Below are positions 49,834-62,964 of a DNA stretch of 64,000 bases, piece by piece. Positions within the stretch are counted from its first letter, which is position 1. Every line of letters begins with the position of its first letter. The position numbers and the translations under genes were made by a program. The DNA is from Zootoca vivipara (lineage: Eukaryota), in the NCBI RefSeq assembly GCF_963506605.1, contig NC_083294.1, positions 1,674,001-1,738,000 of the forward strand. The letters are read 5' to 3'. The notes beneath the pieces are model-generated. The model did no database searches. It saw nothing but the letters and a program-made list of their open reading frames with translations, and had not been told where the DNA came from.

Positions 49834-50909
49834 CTGTAATTGAAAACAAAAGTAATCCAAGGTTACTGTTAATCTGGTCCCCAATGTGAGGATGCTCCCC
49901 CATGAACATGTGGTGGGCAAACTTGTGCAAAGGCAGCTGGGAGAGACTCTTCTCTCAAGAGGGTCTCTACCCTTGATAGCCAGTGGGCCTGATGCAGACC
50001 TAGGGGAACATAACCCAGCACTGTGCTTTATTTTATTTTTTTACCAAAGATGTATGCTAGTCCTCATGGCTTCAGATAAATCTGTGGGGAGTTTAGAAGA
50101 GAGATGGTGCTGAGTAAGATTTCCAGTGGTTGGGGAGTCAGGACTTCAGGGCCCTTTCACTTAGTGACAAGCAAGACCAAATTTATATAGTAGGTACTGC
50201 AGAACTGGCTGTGCATTTTTGCTGCATAATTTCTCAGGTTTTAGCATGAAATATGCACCGGTTCTCCACTGCACGATACTTGCTGCCTAATGGGTTAGCA
50301 TCGCACATAACAAGTTTGACAGTTACGGACATACCGGTAGTCCAGTGCAACGTAGAACCACTCAGGCTAGTCTGAACAGAGAATGGGAACTGCCTTAACC
50401 TGAAATCCAAGTCATTCTTCAGGGGCAACCCCGTGGTCTGTGCATTACAGCACTCAATCCCAGAAGCCAGTAAATGTGCAAATGCTGGATGCAAGGTTTT
50501 TGCTCTCCAGGAACGGCTGCAGCTGCCACATCATTGATTTCAGAGTAGCCTAAGTGACAACTAACTTGTCTCATAGAGAACTTAGTCTGGAATCAACCCC
50601 TTAGACACCATTTGGTCACATGCAATTGGCCAGGATCCTCAATGGAGAGAAGGACCATTCCTCTTGGGAAAGCAGGCGGAATGGACAATATGACACAGCA
50701 GGACTGCCAGCCAGTGGGACAGATACTGATCTAGAAGCACAGAGCAGTCATTGGAGGGAAGGTTTGCGGTGGCAAGACAGCAGGGGCGTAATAGGAAGGC
50801 GTTATGGAGCCGGGAGCCTAAAGGTTGAAGCATAAGAGGAGCCATGGGGGGCGGGGCGGAGAGCAGACGGACATGGGATGGGAGGAACCAAGGCAGAAGA
50901 GGGTCTCAC

Positions 50910-51031
50910 CTGGAGATTCTCAAAATGCATCAGGGACTTGCAGTGGGCAAGTTGGGCAGCAGTGTCGTTAGGGCAGAATTTGTGGCACAGCCGGCAGAGG
51001 TACCCTACCACAGGCACTACAAAATCCAGGC
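50910..51031 (-). CDS. CIZ1: CIZ1 coding exon (matrin-type zinc finger, MH3)
   Basis: GLDFVVPVVGYLCRLCHKFCPNDTAAQLAHCKSLMHFENLQ. Confidence 0.96.
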
Positions 51032-51347
51032 CTGTGAAATGAGGGAGGGGAAGGGAAGTCACACATCACACTGAACAGAACCAATATGAATTAATAAAAG
51101 CTTCCCCCCCCATAAAGCGTTATGTGATACATAAATACAGGAAGCCCACAACTTGCATGCATTTCACTTCTGCACATTCAGCTTTATGTGCTTAGCAAAA
51201 ACATAATAAATAAATAAAATTAAGGGGCAGAAAGGGGTTGGGTGGGACTTTGGCAATCCCACCTAGCATTGAACCTAATGTGTTTCGACTATGCACGATT
51301 TTGGCTTTAGGCGCAGTCCCCCAAATGTTTAAGTCGAGGGCTTACTG

Positions 51348-51483
51348 CAGACACCCCCAAACTTCGGCCCTCCAGATGTTTTGGACTACAATTCCCATCT
51401 TCCCCAACCACTGGTCCTGTTAGCTAGGGATCATGGGAGTTGTAGGCCAAAACATCTGGACGGCCGCAGTTTGGGGGTGCCTG
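51348..51483. mobile_element. hAT MITE (20707 family)
   Basis: TSD gcttactg. Confidence 0.88.
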
Positions 51484-51660
51484 GCTTACTGCATATGGGT
51501 AGGGGGATTTATTTATTTAATATTTTAAAAGGCAACATTGCTCGTTAAATAAGGAAAGCATTTTTTTAATAGAGCGCTTTCTGCTCACAGTAGTCCAGTT
51601 GCAAAACCGATAACCAGGCAGCTCTTTCTAGCAACTGGAACAAATGGAAAAAGTGCAAAG

Positions 51661-51669
51661 TGTGTGTGT

Positions 51670-51746
<77 letters not shown>
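51661..51746. repeat. Compound (TG)/(CA)/(GA)n microsatellite
   Basis: Directly visible. Confidence 0.95.
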
Positions 51747-51752
<6 letters not shown>

Positions 51753-52296
51753 TATACAGTAATTAAAATTAAAAAGAGTAGGGTGTTAATGTTGCAACCC
51801 TCCTGAGCACATCTGATCTGCATTGAAATGACAGACAAAACTAGCAGGAGGGAGGCAAATGAAAGACAGATAGGCAGGCACAAACAGATCCTATGTGGCA
51901 GGAGTCATTATTCCATCTGTCTTAGGAAAGGGAAAGTGAGAAGGGCACCAAACAAAGTGGGGGGGAGGAGAGAGGAGATTGAACGGCACCCACAGAAGCC
52001 AACGTGAAATCTGCCATGGTATTTTTGTTTTAAGTAATTATTCAAGCAAGGCTTTAGAACAGAGGCAAGGAATCTTTTTCAGCCCAAGGGTTGCAGTACC
52101 TTTCAGATGGTCGTCTGCCGGGGGGGGGGGGATGGGGGGGCAGGGGCAGCATGCTGCTGGTGGGCTGGGCCAGAAGCAACAAGCTGACTCATAAGCTTTG
52201 TTCTGCAGGCTCCATCCTAGCCATACAAATTCAGGGGTTTCCAGCCAGGAGGAGGAGACAAGCCAGGGCCTGAAAGGGTTATGAGAGTTCCTAGAA

Positions 52297-52533
52297 CATG
52301 GGGCCGGGGGTCAGATCCGGCCCAATCGCCTTCTAAATCCGGCCCGCAGATGGTCCGGGAATCAGCATGTTTTTACATGAGTAGAATGTGTGCTTTTATT
52401 TAAAATGCATCTCTGGGTTATTTGTGGGGCATAGGAATTCGTTCACGCCCCCCCAAAAATATAGTCTGCCCCCCCAAGGTCTGAGGGAGGGACAGTGGAC
52501 CGGCCCCCTGCTGAAAAAGTTTGCTGGCCCCTG
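52297..52533. mobile_element. hAT non-autonomous element
   Basis: Ends aaaagtttgctggcccctg; TSD tcctagaa/tcctagag. Confidence 0.7.
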
Positions 52534-52849
52534 TCCTAGAGCTCAGAGGGCCCCCCCTGCTTTAGGGAGAGGGAACAGCAGACAGAGAGGGGAATTGAGA
52601 AAAGGCACGTCCTGGAGAAATGGATGCAATGGAAGAGGCTGCCTTGCAAGTCCAGAAAGCCAACTATGCAGCCATTTTCTTTTTTAAATGTTGATGTCAA
52701 AATATGATCTTCGACATTAGCTACAAGATTGATCTAGAATAGGTATTTATTTATTTATTGCAATAGTATCATTCAAATGGATTTCCTGAAAGGTAGAAAC
52801 TTGCAACAAACTTCAGGAGGTTGATAAACACAGTACATTTCACAGATGT

Positions 52850-53750
52850 AAGTCAACAACTACATGCCTTCCTGTTTTTGGGTGCAGAGAAAATGCCTGA
52901 ATGGAGTTACTTCTCTGAAGTATTGGAATTTTTAAATGTGGGCTCAGAATTTGGATTCAGCTTTTGTATCAACACCCAGAAGCGCAAGTAATGGCAAATG
53001 GAGTGTTGTCAGAATTCTTCAATTAATCTAGAGGAACTAGACAGGGATATCATTTATGCCCTCTGATCTTTGCTATTTTTATTGAACCTTTGGCTATAGC
53101 AATGAGCAAAAATGTACATATTCATGGGATCTAATATAGCTCTTTAAAACACTAAGGTAATGTTTTATCCGGATGATGTGGTCCTCCTTTTGCCTCACCC
53201 TGAGAAATCTTATAAAGAAGGCATAAGGTTATTACCTTGTTACAGGGAAATAACAGGTTACAGTATAAAATAAATTACAACAAATCATAAGTGGCTTGGT
53301 ACAAACATTTCAAATGAAAATTTAAAAGATAATGAATGAATAACCAAATTACAGTGGAGAAATAAACACAGACTTAGATATCTGGTAATATGGGTTACAA
53401 ACAAATTAGAATATATAGTAAAGATTAATCACCAAAAGCTGTTTTGTGAGTTGGGAGAAATAACTGGAATTTTGGAATTCCTTATCTATCTCATGGTATG
53501 GGAGAGTATTTATTGTAAAAATGAATGTCCTACCCAGAATTTATTTATACTCCTAAACATTCCATTAGTATTCCATCTGAAATACTGTCAAAATGGCAGA
53601 GATTTATATAGCATTTCTTATGGAACAAAAAACCACTAAGGGTAGCTGCCCCAAACTCTGTACATTATTTAAAAAAACAAGCAGCAGCGGTATGGCAGTA
53701 CCCAGAATTAACAGTAAAATTGACTATGTTAAAATAATGGTTTAAAGAAT
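52850..53750 (+). mobile_element. Degenerate L1 ORF2 RT fragment
   Basis: GTRQGYHLCPLIFAIFIEPLA and YPDDVVL motifs, with stops and frameshifts. Confidence 0.75.
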
Positions 53751-53766
53751 ATCTAGTATTGGAGGA

Positions 53767-54029
53767 CAGATCGTGAAGCTGAGGCTCCAATACTTTGGCC
53801 ACCTCATGAGAAGAGAAGAACCCTTGGAAAAGACCTTGATGTTGGGAAAGATGGAGGGCACAGGGAGAAGGGGACGACAGAGGATGAGATGGTTGAACAG
53901 TGTTCTCAAAGCTATGAACATGAGTTTGACCAAACTGTGGGAGGCAGTGGAAGACAGGAGGAGTGCCTGGCGTGCTATGGTCCATGGGGTCACGAAGAGT
54001 CGGACACGACTAAACGACTAAACAACAAC
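53767..54029 (+). mobile_element. BovB 3' end inserted into L1
   Basis: LRLQYFGHLMRREEPLEKTLMLGK; (caa)n tail; TSD agtattggagga. Confidence 0.9.
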
Positions 54030-54120
54030 AGTATTGGAGGAGGAAAAGAAAAAAAATTAAGCTTAAATATCTGCTGTTTTAAAGAAAACTATTGGGAATT
54101 TTACTTTGAAATCCTTCCCT

Positions 54121-54294
54121 NNNNNNNNNNNNNNNNNNNNNNNNNNNNNNNNNNNNNNNNNNNNNNNNNNNNNNNNNNNNNNNNNNNNNNNNNNNNNNNN
54201 NNNNNNNNNNNNNNNNNNNNNNNNNNNNNNNNNNNNNNNNNNNNNNNNNNNNNNNNNNNNNNNNNNNNNNNNNNNNNNNNNNNNNNNNNNNNNN
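54121..54294. other. Assembly gap (174 N)
   Basis: Run of N. Confidence 1.
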
Positions 54295-54716
54295 CCGCTT
54301 TATCACTACCCGAAGGAGTCTCAAAGCGTCTAACAATCTCCTTTCCCTTCCTCCCCAACAAATACTTTGTGAGTATTTGTCAAAGAAGTGTGACTAGCCC
54401 AAGGTCACCCAGCAGCTGCATGTGGAGGAGCGGAGACGCGAACCCGGTTCCCCAGATTACGAGTCCAATGCTTTTAACCACTACACCACACTGGCCTGAC
54501 CTGAAATTAAAAACAGGTTACCTATGGGCCTATTGCCTTTAGTGTCCCCGTTTTATAATGATTTTCTAAATCTAGGGTAGTCAAAGATTTCAAGCAATGG
54601 CAAAATACTAGTTTAGAAAGCATATATATGATGTGGAGGGGTCGCAGGGGTGTAGTAGCAGGAAGTAACAAGACAAAAAAGCCCCAAGCCAGCAGCAATT
54701 GTGATTGTTTCCTTAC

Positions 54717-54786
54717 CATAGATGGTATCTGGAGAGTATTCCTCCCTCCCTCCAGAATCTTCCAGTGCTGCTTCCTTCAGCCCAAC
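54717..54786 (-). CDS. CIZ1: CIZ1 coding exon (acceptor anomalous; may start at 54774)
   Basis: VGLKEAALEDSGGREEYSPDTIY-G aligns with human ...SETYSPNTAYG; gtaagg donor; 70 nt gives the correct phase. Confidence 0.8.
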
Positions 54787-55031
54787 ATGCATGAAAAGAA
54801 GAAATGGGAGTCAGAGAATTGTGGGGTTGGGAGGGATCCAACACAGGGGTCATCGATTCCACGGTGAAGGGAATCATGCAAACTAAAGCTGAGGTCACAG
54901 GAGCATTTCACAAAACCACAGAACTAGAGTTGGAAGAAATCCCCCTCCCCAAGGGTCATCTAGCCCAACACCCTGTCCCAGTAGGGCACATCCAATGCAG
55001 CCGCTGCGGCACTCCTTCTTGGAAAACACAC

Positions 55032-55226
55032 CTGCTTGATGAGAGACTCTTCCTTATCCAGCTGTCCTACTTCAGAGGATCCCTCATCTCCAGCATTTCC
55101 CTGTTTCTCCTCTTCTTCTTCTTCCTCTTCTTCTTCCTCGTCATCTTCAAAGCAACCAACAGCATCGACTGTTATGAGCTCCTCAGAATCCTCCGGCCCA
55201 GCCTGCTCCTTCTCCCCCAACTTCAC
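55032..55226 (-). CDS. CIZ1: CIZ1 coding exon (acidic domain)
   Basis: ELITVDAVGCFEDDEEEEEEEEEEEKQ...KQ. Confidence 0.94.
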
Positions 55227-55439
55227 CTGGCCAGACACAACAAAGGGAGGGTGAGAGACAGGAAGGACAAATCTCTTAGGAGGCTAGGATCCAAGGGATG
55301 TACACTTCCCACCACCCACTTCTTGCACTCCCTAGTGTAATGGCATTCCACACTTGCAGGAAACACATAAGCGCACAGATCCCACCAAAGGGCAAGTAAA
55401 CAAAACGCCATAAAATATGCTTATAAAGTGTGAAACTAA

Positions 55440-55828
55440 CATAAAGAAGGCTGATCGCCAAAGAATTGTTGCTTTTGAAGAGGAGGAGGAGACTCTTGAG
55501 AGTCCCATGGACTGCAAGATCAAACCTATCCATTCTGAAGGAAATCAGCCCTGAGTTCTCACTGGAAGGACAGATCCTGAAGCTGAGGCTCCAATACTTT
55601 GGCCACCTCATGAGAAGAGAAGCCTCCCTGGAAAAGACCCTGATGTTGGGAAAGATGGAGGGCACAAGGAGAAGGGGACGACAGAGGAAGAGATGGTTGG
55701 ACAGTGTTCTCGAAGCTACGGACATGAGTTTGACCAAACTGTGGGAGGCAGTGCAAGACAGGAGTGCCTGGTGTGCTCTGGTCCATGGGGTCATGAAGAG
55801 TCGGACACGACTAAACGAATAAACAACA
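55440..55828 (+). mobile_element. BovB 3' end
   Basis: RRLLRVPWTARSNLSILKEISPEFSLEGQILKLRLQYFGHLMRR. Confidence 0.9.
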
Positions 55829-56024
55829 TGCAGAAGCCACTTGCTTCGTTTGACCGACAGAAGCTTGGTCTAGCCCAGGGATAGGCAGCCTGTAGCCTTT
55901 CACCAGCTCTTGAACTACATGCTGGAAGGGGTTGATGGGACATGGAGTCCAGCAACCCCTGGAACATCAAAGATTTCCCATTCCTGGAATAGCCAAGGAG
56001 GACTAATAGTAGACATTTTTTCTG

Positions 56025-56026
<2 letters not shown>

Positions 56027-56070
<44 letters not shown>
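56027..56070. repeat. (GT)n microsatellite
   Basis: Directly visible. Confidence 0.95.
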
Positions 56071-56072
<2 letters not shown>

Positions 56073-56134
56073 AGATTCCCCAGGGCAGGGGGGTACTCTC
56101 TCAGTAGTTGCACCACCCTAAGAAGCTGGCATAA

Positions 56135-56527
56135 TGTCATAGTCGCATTGCCCAGCAACTGCATGCAGAGTGTGAGGCCAAACAGACAGAAGAGTCTCAA
56201 ACATGGCAGAGTCAGAATATGAAGTCAAGTCTGTTCCAAGAGTTGGGCAAGCAGCAATCCACGTAGTCAGACCATTGAGAGGTCAGGAAATCCAATGAGT
56301 CCAGATGGAGAGCAGGAAGCAGCAAGGTAGGTCTGGGAACCACAGGCATTGCTTCCAGTGTCTGACTGCTGCTGAAAGTTCTGTTTAAGAAGGCTGAAGC
56401 CAGCTGGTTCTCATCAATGCCTTCTCCTCTGTGTCACTGGAGGTAAACCAGCTGCAGGTTAGGTCACTCTGCCTTCTCCCTTTTCAGATGCTGTTCAGTG
56501 GATTAAGCTGACTCTGGGCCCATGACA
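56135..56527. mobile_element. Probable solo LTR (Gypsy-like)
   Basis: Termini tgtcat...atgaca, 393 bp; TSD only partly conserved. Confidence 0.5.
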
Positions 56528-57141
56528 GGTAATGACAGCTTAAATGTAGTATAAACACCGACAATTGGGAAACACTGGCCTGCTAATGCTCCAGTTGGAG
56601 AACAGCCTTTACCAAAGGTGTCATGGACTTTGAAGACACTCAAACTCAGGTTGAAATGGAGAAACGAGCTAAGAGGAAGGCACATTTGGCAACCCTTCAC
56701 TGTGATCAACTCCCGCCCAGAAACCAACGTCCCCATTGTGGAAGGACATGTGGATCCAGAATTGGCCTCCATGGTCACTTACAGACACACTGTTAAGACA
56801 GTGTTCATCAATCTTACTCAGTCACAAGTGATCACCAAAGAAGATTATATTGCTGTTAACCCATCCTGGGACCCTTACCACAAAGGGACAGGTAAAAAAA
56901 TATCTAATCAAAGCAAGTAAACAGGCCCAGCAACAAAACCCACACGCCCTTGCAGTCTTGTGCACCTCTAGGCCATAAAGCCCACAGGTGGCATATTCTC
57001 CTGCGAGGGTCTATAGCTGAGGGGCAGGGCACTTGCTTTTCTTCCAAAAGGTCCCAGGTTCAATCCCCCAGGATCTCCAGTTACAAAAAAGGCCATGGAG
57101 AAAGTGACAGGAAAGACGTTCCCTTGCCAGAGACCCTAGAG

Positions 57142-57528
57142 CAGTAGTTCTCAAACTGTTTTCTCCGCGTCACACTTTAAGAATAAAAATTTGTTTGTGC
57201 CACTCCAAATTTTTAATTGGTAAGAAATACATTGGGGGGGGGAGAGAGATAGAGACAGACTATTTCTATTTACAACATAGAACATAACTACTTTATAAAA
57301 TGATCACGGGACACCCAGAAAGTATAAAACCAGGCAGCTACATAAGAACACAAATCATTCCTACACACTTGATGCCCTTGTTCTCATTTTGAAAATAAAT
57401 CTACCCAGATTCTGCAAATAAAAAATCTCATACTATACTATACGACACTGAAATGTTTTAATGTTTCTTTGATTGTCCTTGAATCTTCCTTGCCATCCTT
57501 CTCCTGCCACACCCTTTGAGAGCCACTG
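57142..57528. mobile_element. hAT non-autonomous element nested in a tRNA-derived SINE
   Basis: TIRs cagtagttctcaaa...tttgagagccactg; TSD ccctagag/tcctagga. Confidence 0.6.
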
Positions 57529-57917
57529 TCCTAGGAAGCTGCTGCCTGTCACAGTAGATTATATTAAAGTTGATGGACAATAAGTCTGGGGGCATAGGAA
57601 ACTGCTTTATATTGAGTCAGACAATATAACTGGTCAATCGAGTCCAGCAGTCAACACTGACTGGCAGCAGTTCTTTCAGTTTCAAGCCTTCGTAGCCCTC
57701 CCTGGAGATGCCAGGGATTGAACATGGAACCTTCTGCATGCAGAGCTGGTGTTTTATCCACTGAGCTAACATCCTCCCCCAAAGCCTGCCCAGGCTTCTG
57801 ATGTTTCTGAGGCACAGCTCTGTAGCAGACACATAGCCCTCTGCCCACCCGCCAAAGTCCTAACTAGCTCATCCCAACAGCCACCACATTCCCTGAAGTA
57901 TATATAGCTGCCATTAC

Positions 57918-58031
57918 CTCTTTGGCCTTCTGCTTATGCTCTGGAGACTTCATATGCTCCACAAACTTTCGTGGAGTCTTGAAGTGCCGGCTGCACAACA
58001 TGCAAAAGGGGCGGAGGGAGCGTTTGGCAAG
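57918..58031 (-). CDS. CIZ1: CIZ1 coding exon (zinc finger 3)
   Basis: LAKRSLRPFCMLCSRHFKTPRKFVEHMKSPEHKQKAKE. Confidence 0.96.
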
Positions 58032-59215
58032 CTAGGATAAGAAAAGAAAGGGGGACAGGTAGGAAATAATGTGGCATTTGCTCACAGGAAGCCTTCAAGC
58101 ACACCTGATCTGATGCCACCTTAAACACTAGGCTCCTTCAGGAGGAAGTGCAGGATATAAATAAAGGAGGTTTTTTTTAAAAAAAATAACAGCATCAGCT
58201 AGAACCCACCTCGTTAGATGCACAGATGGCACCTTTACGTGCACATGGATGTGAAGGGGGGGGGGCGGAAAGGCTGGGGTTACATGGCAATAGAATTCCA
58301 ACAGTACAGTCTGTGAAACTTGTAATTATTGCAGCTTAAATGTATGCAAAATGACCCTTCATAACAGTAGTAATTTGTGATAACACAAACACCTTAGCAG
58401 TGCTGAGTAAATTAACAATTGCAGTGGGACAGAATAGCACAGTCTCTATTCAAATCCAAATCAACAGAACTGAACTAGCAATTCAGGAGTTAGCCAACTG
58501 ACAAAGTTACTGAAGGTGAGTGATTCAAGTGTTGTTGTTTTTTAAATCACTGATAAAGAGGCTTTGGTGGCTGATGGATGAGAAATGGGAAGAAAGCAAG
58601 GAGCCAAACTCAAAATTCTTTCAACCAGTATTTTTTACCCCAATCTAGAGATTTATTTCGGGCACCATTTGCATTGCTGAATACATGAACTTATTCTGTA
58701 TGTTTTTCACTGGTGATATTATCGTCGATCACTCTGAGATGCTTCACAGGAAGCAATCTGTAAGTGGAATTAATAAAACAAATGGAGCTTTAAAAGCGAT
58801 TATTTTAAAAATACTGCAGACATGGAAATGGTTGAACTTGAATATTACTGCCCGAGTCTGCCAGGGGGGAGGGGGAGACTGCAAGAACAAACCTGCAAAT
58901 ATGTCTTTTTCAGAAGGAGTTACTATGTTTTTTGCTCCCTTTTTAACCCAAGAACCTGCTATATAATATCAGCAAAAATCCTCCACCAGCTGTTCTATAG
59001 TCAAGGACAGACTGAGGGCACTAAACTGTCACTACTGTTACTTGTTAAAACTGCCTATGCATGGGCCATATTCTGCTTTAGTGTCAGCACCTTAATTTGC
59101 CATTAAAACATCCTCTAATATAAAAAACATTAACCTATCACCTCCCTTGAGGTAATCAGCATTCAGCCCCTTCCTTGAACATTTACAGGAAAGAGAAATC
59201 TGGGAAAAGACTCAC

Positions 59216-59300
59216 CTTGTGTTCCTGAGTCCGACGATGCTTGATCAGGTCACCTGTAAAATGTACCTGGCAGGTGTTACACCACCGCTGCTGGCTCTCT
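59216..59300 (-). CDS. CIZ1: CIZ1 coding exon (zinc finger 2)
   Basis: ESQQRWCNTCQVHFTGDLIKHRRTQEHK. Confidence 0.95.
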
Positions 59301-60301
59301 CTGCAAGAACAAGAACATTCCACTAAAATGGCAATAGAGCATTATCTCTCTTTCTGTATTTTTTAAAAAAACCATTCTGCTAGTCAATCATTTGGGATCT
59401 CATACATTGTTTGGTGACACATCTGGCACTATTGAGAATCTCAGCTCTCCAGGCTGTGGGGCGTTTAGAGCACAGTTCTAACCCTCAAACAGGAAACATG
59501 CAGAAACACAAAAGACTCAGAAAACAAAGGGGAGGTTGTGAAAATATTACATTCCCAAACCAGACCCCCGTATCCTCAATTCTGCCACTACCAGTTGTCC
59601 CATGTGACAATTTTCTGAACACACGACTTTTACACCTGAAGTGCCTACAAAGGAATGGGGGAACCTGTGGTTCTCTACACGTTGCTGCACTCCCTAACTC
59701 CTGGCACCTGACTGCTGGCCATGCTGGCTGGGTCTGATGGGAGCTGTGGCCCATAATATCTGAGCAGCACCAAACTTGCAAAGTTCGTTGCAGGTTTCAG
59801 CTATCCAATAAGGCACGCAGGTAATTTGTGCCTAGTCCCTTGGCTAATCAAATGAATCCTGGAGGACATGAAAACAAATCGTTTCACCTTTGCACTGCCC
59901 CAAATGGTGCATTGTCTTGCAACAGGAGCCACTAAGGAGTAAAGCTGAAATAGGTGTTTTCATACCCGCTTAGAAGAAAAATGAACATGCACAAATCCCA
60001 ACATACAATTTTGTGCTCTAGAAACTATAGGGGTGAGGATTCTGCACATGTAAGGGAGAGAAGCAGCCCACACCAGGATAAGTTCCCCATTGCTTGCAGA
60101 GAACACCACAACCTACCATATTGAGTAACTGAGCCAGAAAATGCTCTCCAGCCCTAATTTATTCTTCCTGTGAAGGGTTTGGGTGGGTAAACAATCGGTT
60201 TGAGAGTTTCACATTCTCCAGTCACAGAATTTTACAGCCTGCACATAGAAGCAGAGCTGGAAGGAACCCCCCCCCCAAGGACTACCCAACATCCAACATA
60301 C

Positions 60302-60432
60302 CCATCTTCCTCAGCCAGTGGTTTCTGCTCCTTCACCACAGGCAACAACGAGACAAGGCAGATGTTGCTCATGTGCTGGATCTCTCGAAGGCGCTGCTGG
60401 TGCTGAGCTCCTGCCATGTGCGCCTGGAAATT
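60302..60432 (-). CDS. CIZ1: CIZ1 coding exon
   Basis: NFQAHMAGAQHQQRLREIQHMSNICLVSLLPVVKEQKPLAEED. Confidence 0.94.
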
Positions 60433-60434
60433 CT

Positions 60435-60437
<3 letters not shown>

Positions 60438-60474
<37 letters not shown>
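60438..60474. repeat. (GA)n microsatellite forming the polypyrimidine tract of a CIZ1 acceptor
   Basis: Lies immediately upstream, on the minus strand, of the AG at 60434-60433. Confidence 0.9.
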
Positions 60475-60477
<3 letters not shown>

Positions 60478-61840
60478 GGAGAGAACATGGAGAACATTTG
60501 AAACCTGGCAAGCCTATCTGGTTCAGATGGGCTACTTCAGAAGTGATGAAAGGGGTAACAGACACGCTCAGAAATACTGGCCAGGATCAGAAATGGCGCC
60601 ATAAGGCTGCCTTCCCCCAACTTGATGGCTCCCAGGTGCTGCTGGGCTCCCACCAGCCTGACAGCATTGGCCTGTGGTCAGGGACGCTGGGAGCTGCTGT
60701 TCAGCAACATATAAAAGGGCTCAGATTGGGAAAAGGGTCCTGAAGGCACACCCAGTGGGATGAGAATGTCAAGCCCCCCTGCAACACGTTATATGTAGAG
60801 TTGCCTCTTGAGACGGTTCAGAAACTTCAGCTGGTGTGGAATTCAACAGCCAGGTTGCTCACTGGACAAGACGGTTTGAGCATATTACACCAATCCTGGC
60901 CCAACTCATCATCATCATCATCAAACCTTTACTGGCATCACTTACAAACATTCAAAATAAATAGGCCAGTACGATCTCGTCGCCATTTCAACAGTACAGT
61001 CACTTGCCAAAGGGAAGAAGATGCAAGCAATCTATTTCACCTCTGTGGGTCTCCAGCGAGGGTGGGGTTATCTTTGTTTCTGTTTTTATTACACATTTTC
61101 CTCTTCTTTTTTGTGACTTTATGCTGTGAACCACCCTGAGATCTATGGGTATAGGGCAGTATACAAATTTAAAAAATAAAATAAAAAAATAAACTGACTT
61201 TGAAATAAATCCTGTTTCAGAAGCAAACTGGTGCTTGAGAAGGACCCCCTCCTTCCCGAGCACACAAAATAAGTGTTGTACCATAACACCACTGTGGTAT
61301 TATATGCTACTTCAGGTAGCAAGCTTTCTTCTCCAAGCTTAAACCAAGCCAAGCTATTCTTTGCCTAGTCCTATCCCTGAAGCAAATGCCCATTTTTCTT
61401 TGACAACACACAAATCCCAGCCTGCTTTTGACACAACCACATTTTACCACTAAGGTAACTGAATGACTGCAGTGGTTGTGGGAACGGATGGCAAGAGTGA
61501 GACTGGGTAAGCAGTTGTATGACTACAGAGTTTTATGCTCGCTAGGATTCTGCACTTTTGATTTTATTTATACTGATACCGTTATTGTGAATATGAATAG
61601 AGGTTAAAATGTGAAGTATTGGATATTGATTTTCTAGTACATTTTTTGTGTGCATACACATACGTACACACACACACACACACACCCTTATATTTTTACT
61701 TACTGTGTCACTTCTACAGACAGTAAGCTTTCTAGGAAAGGAATAAATACATGAATACTGATGCAGGTAAGGAGTGGGAGGGCGGCAGGGTTGCAAAAAT
61801 CCTGACTTTGCAACTCCTCAGATGAAGTGTTTCTTGTTAC

Positions 61841-62023
61841 CTGTTGATTGTAACAGTTAGTCTTGCATATGTAGCAGTAGAATTTCAGGGTAGCCTCGGG
61901 GCTGCCTTCGGCTGTCCCCATCTCAGAGGTCCAGAAGGCTGGCTTTAGGGCTGTGGTGCTGATGGCTCGGTTCTCGCTGCTCTGCTGAATTGTGACTTTC
62001 AGGGACCCTGCAGAGCTGACCAC
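61841..62023 (-). CDS. CIZ1: CIZ1 coding exon (start of zinc finger 1)
   Basis: SAGSLKVTIQQSSENRAIST...FYCYICKTNCYNQQ. Confidence 0.92.
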
Positions 62024-62884
62024 CTGGAGAAGATTCAAGGGTTCAATTCAGGTTGCCCACCAGCCAACTATTAAATCCCTCAGCTCCAGAGAGTGGAAGA
62101 AGCCTGTAATTCATGCCACATCCAGACAACGGCTTTACATACAGTTTGGGGATAGAAGGCAGTGTTTACAGGAAGAATACGGAGGCTGCTTCTGGAAGGA
62201 GATTTCTGCATTTGCACACAGAAGGAATTTGGACAGTCATATTTCAGCTTAAAAAGCCAAGGTAGGAAAAAGACTTTTGCCCACATACAAAGCCCCAGCA
62301 AGAATAGGAAGGCTTCCATTAACTAGATTTTCATCCAAGCATATATAATCTACTGGCACATAATGAGGCACTGATGTCTATGCAGTGGCGGTACAAGGGA
62401 AGCAGTTCCCTCTCAACGTTACTTGCCCCCCACCCTCAATCCCAGATTTCCTTTTAAATGAGTCAGTTTCTAGCATTCCGAGAACCTGAGATGTACAGGC
62501 ACTGTTTCCCTCCTCTTTTGTGAGAAAGTAGCTTTTACCCATGGTTTCCTGGTTTGGGCAGGATGAGAAACTATGGTTAATTTGGTTTGCTTGATGGCCC
62601 TCTTGAAGGGAGGAGCAAAGAGGAGAGCATGCTGGGTAAAAGGCTCCTTCGGATCTTTGGTTATTGGGCCAGTGTGTGTTTTTCCATGTCGCTATTTGTG
62701 TACACCCGCCTTCCCCACCACGGTGCCTCCAAATGTTTTGGACTGCATCTCCCATCAACGCCAGCTAATGAGGCCAGCTGGGGGGAACTAGGCTGGCAAA
62801 GGATGCCACCCACATTTCCCCAAGTTTTTAACAAAGCAGCAGAAGACCCTCCCCCTGCAGGGGCTAAAGAAGCTTTCTGCTCAC

Positions 62885-62964
62885 CTCCGAAATCTTCAGC
62901 TCTCCAGCAATGTTCTTTTCCTTGGAAGGATCTGCAGCCAGATTCTCTTTCCCATTGTCTGCCT
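62885..62964 (-). CDS. CIZ1: CIZ1 coding exon
   Basis: EADNGKENLAADPSKEKNIAGELKISE; tttcatag acceptor, gtgagc donor; phase consistent. Confidence 0.72.

Noticed and set aside
53889-54542. 217-aa ORF
   Set aside because: Spans the N gap and consists of BovB and SINE sequence
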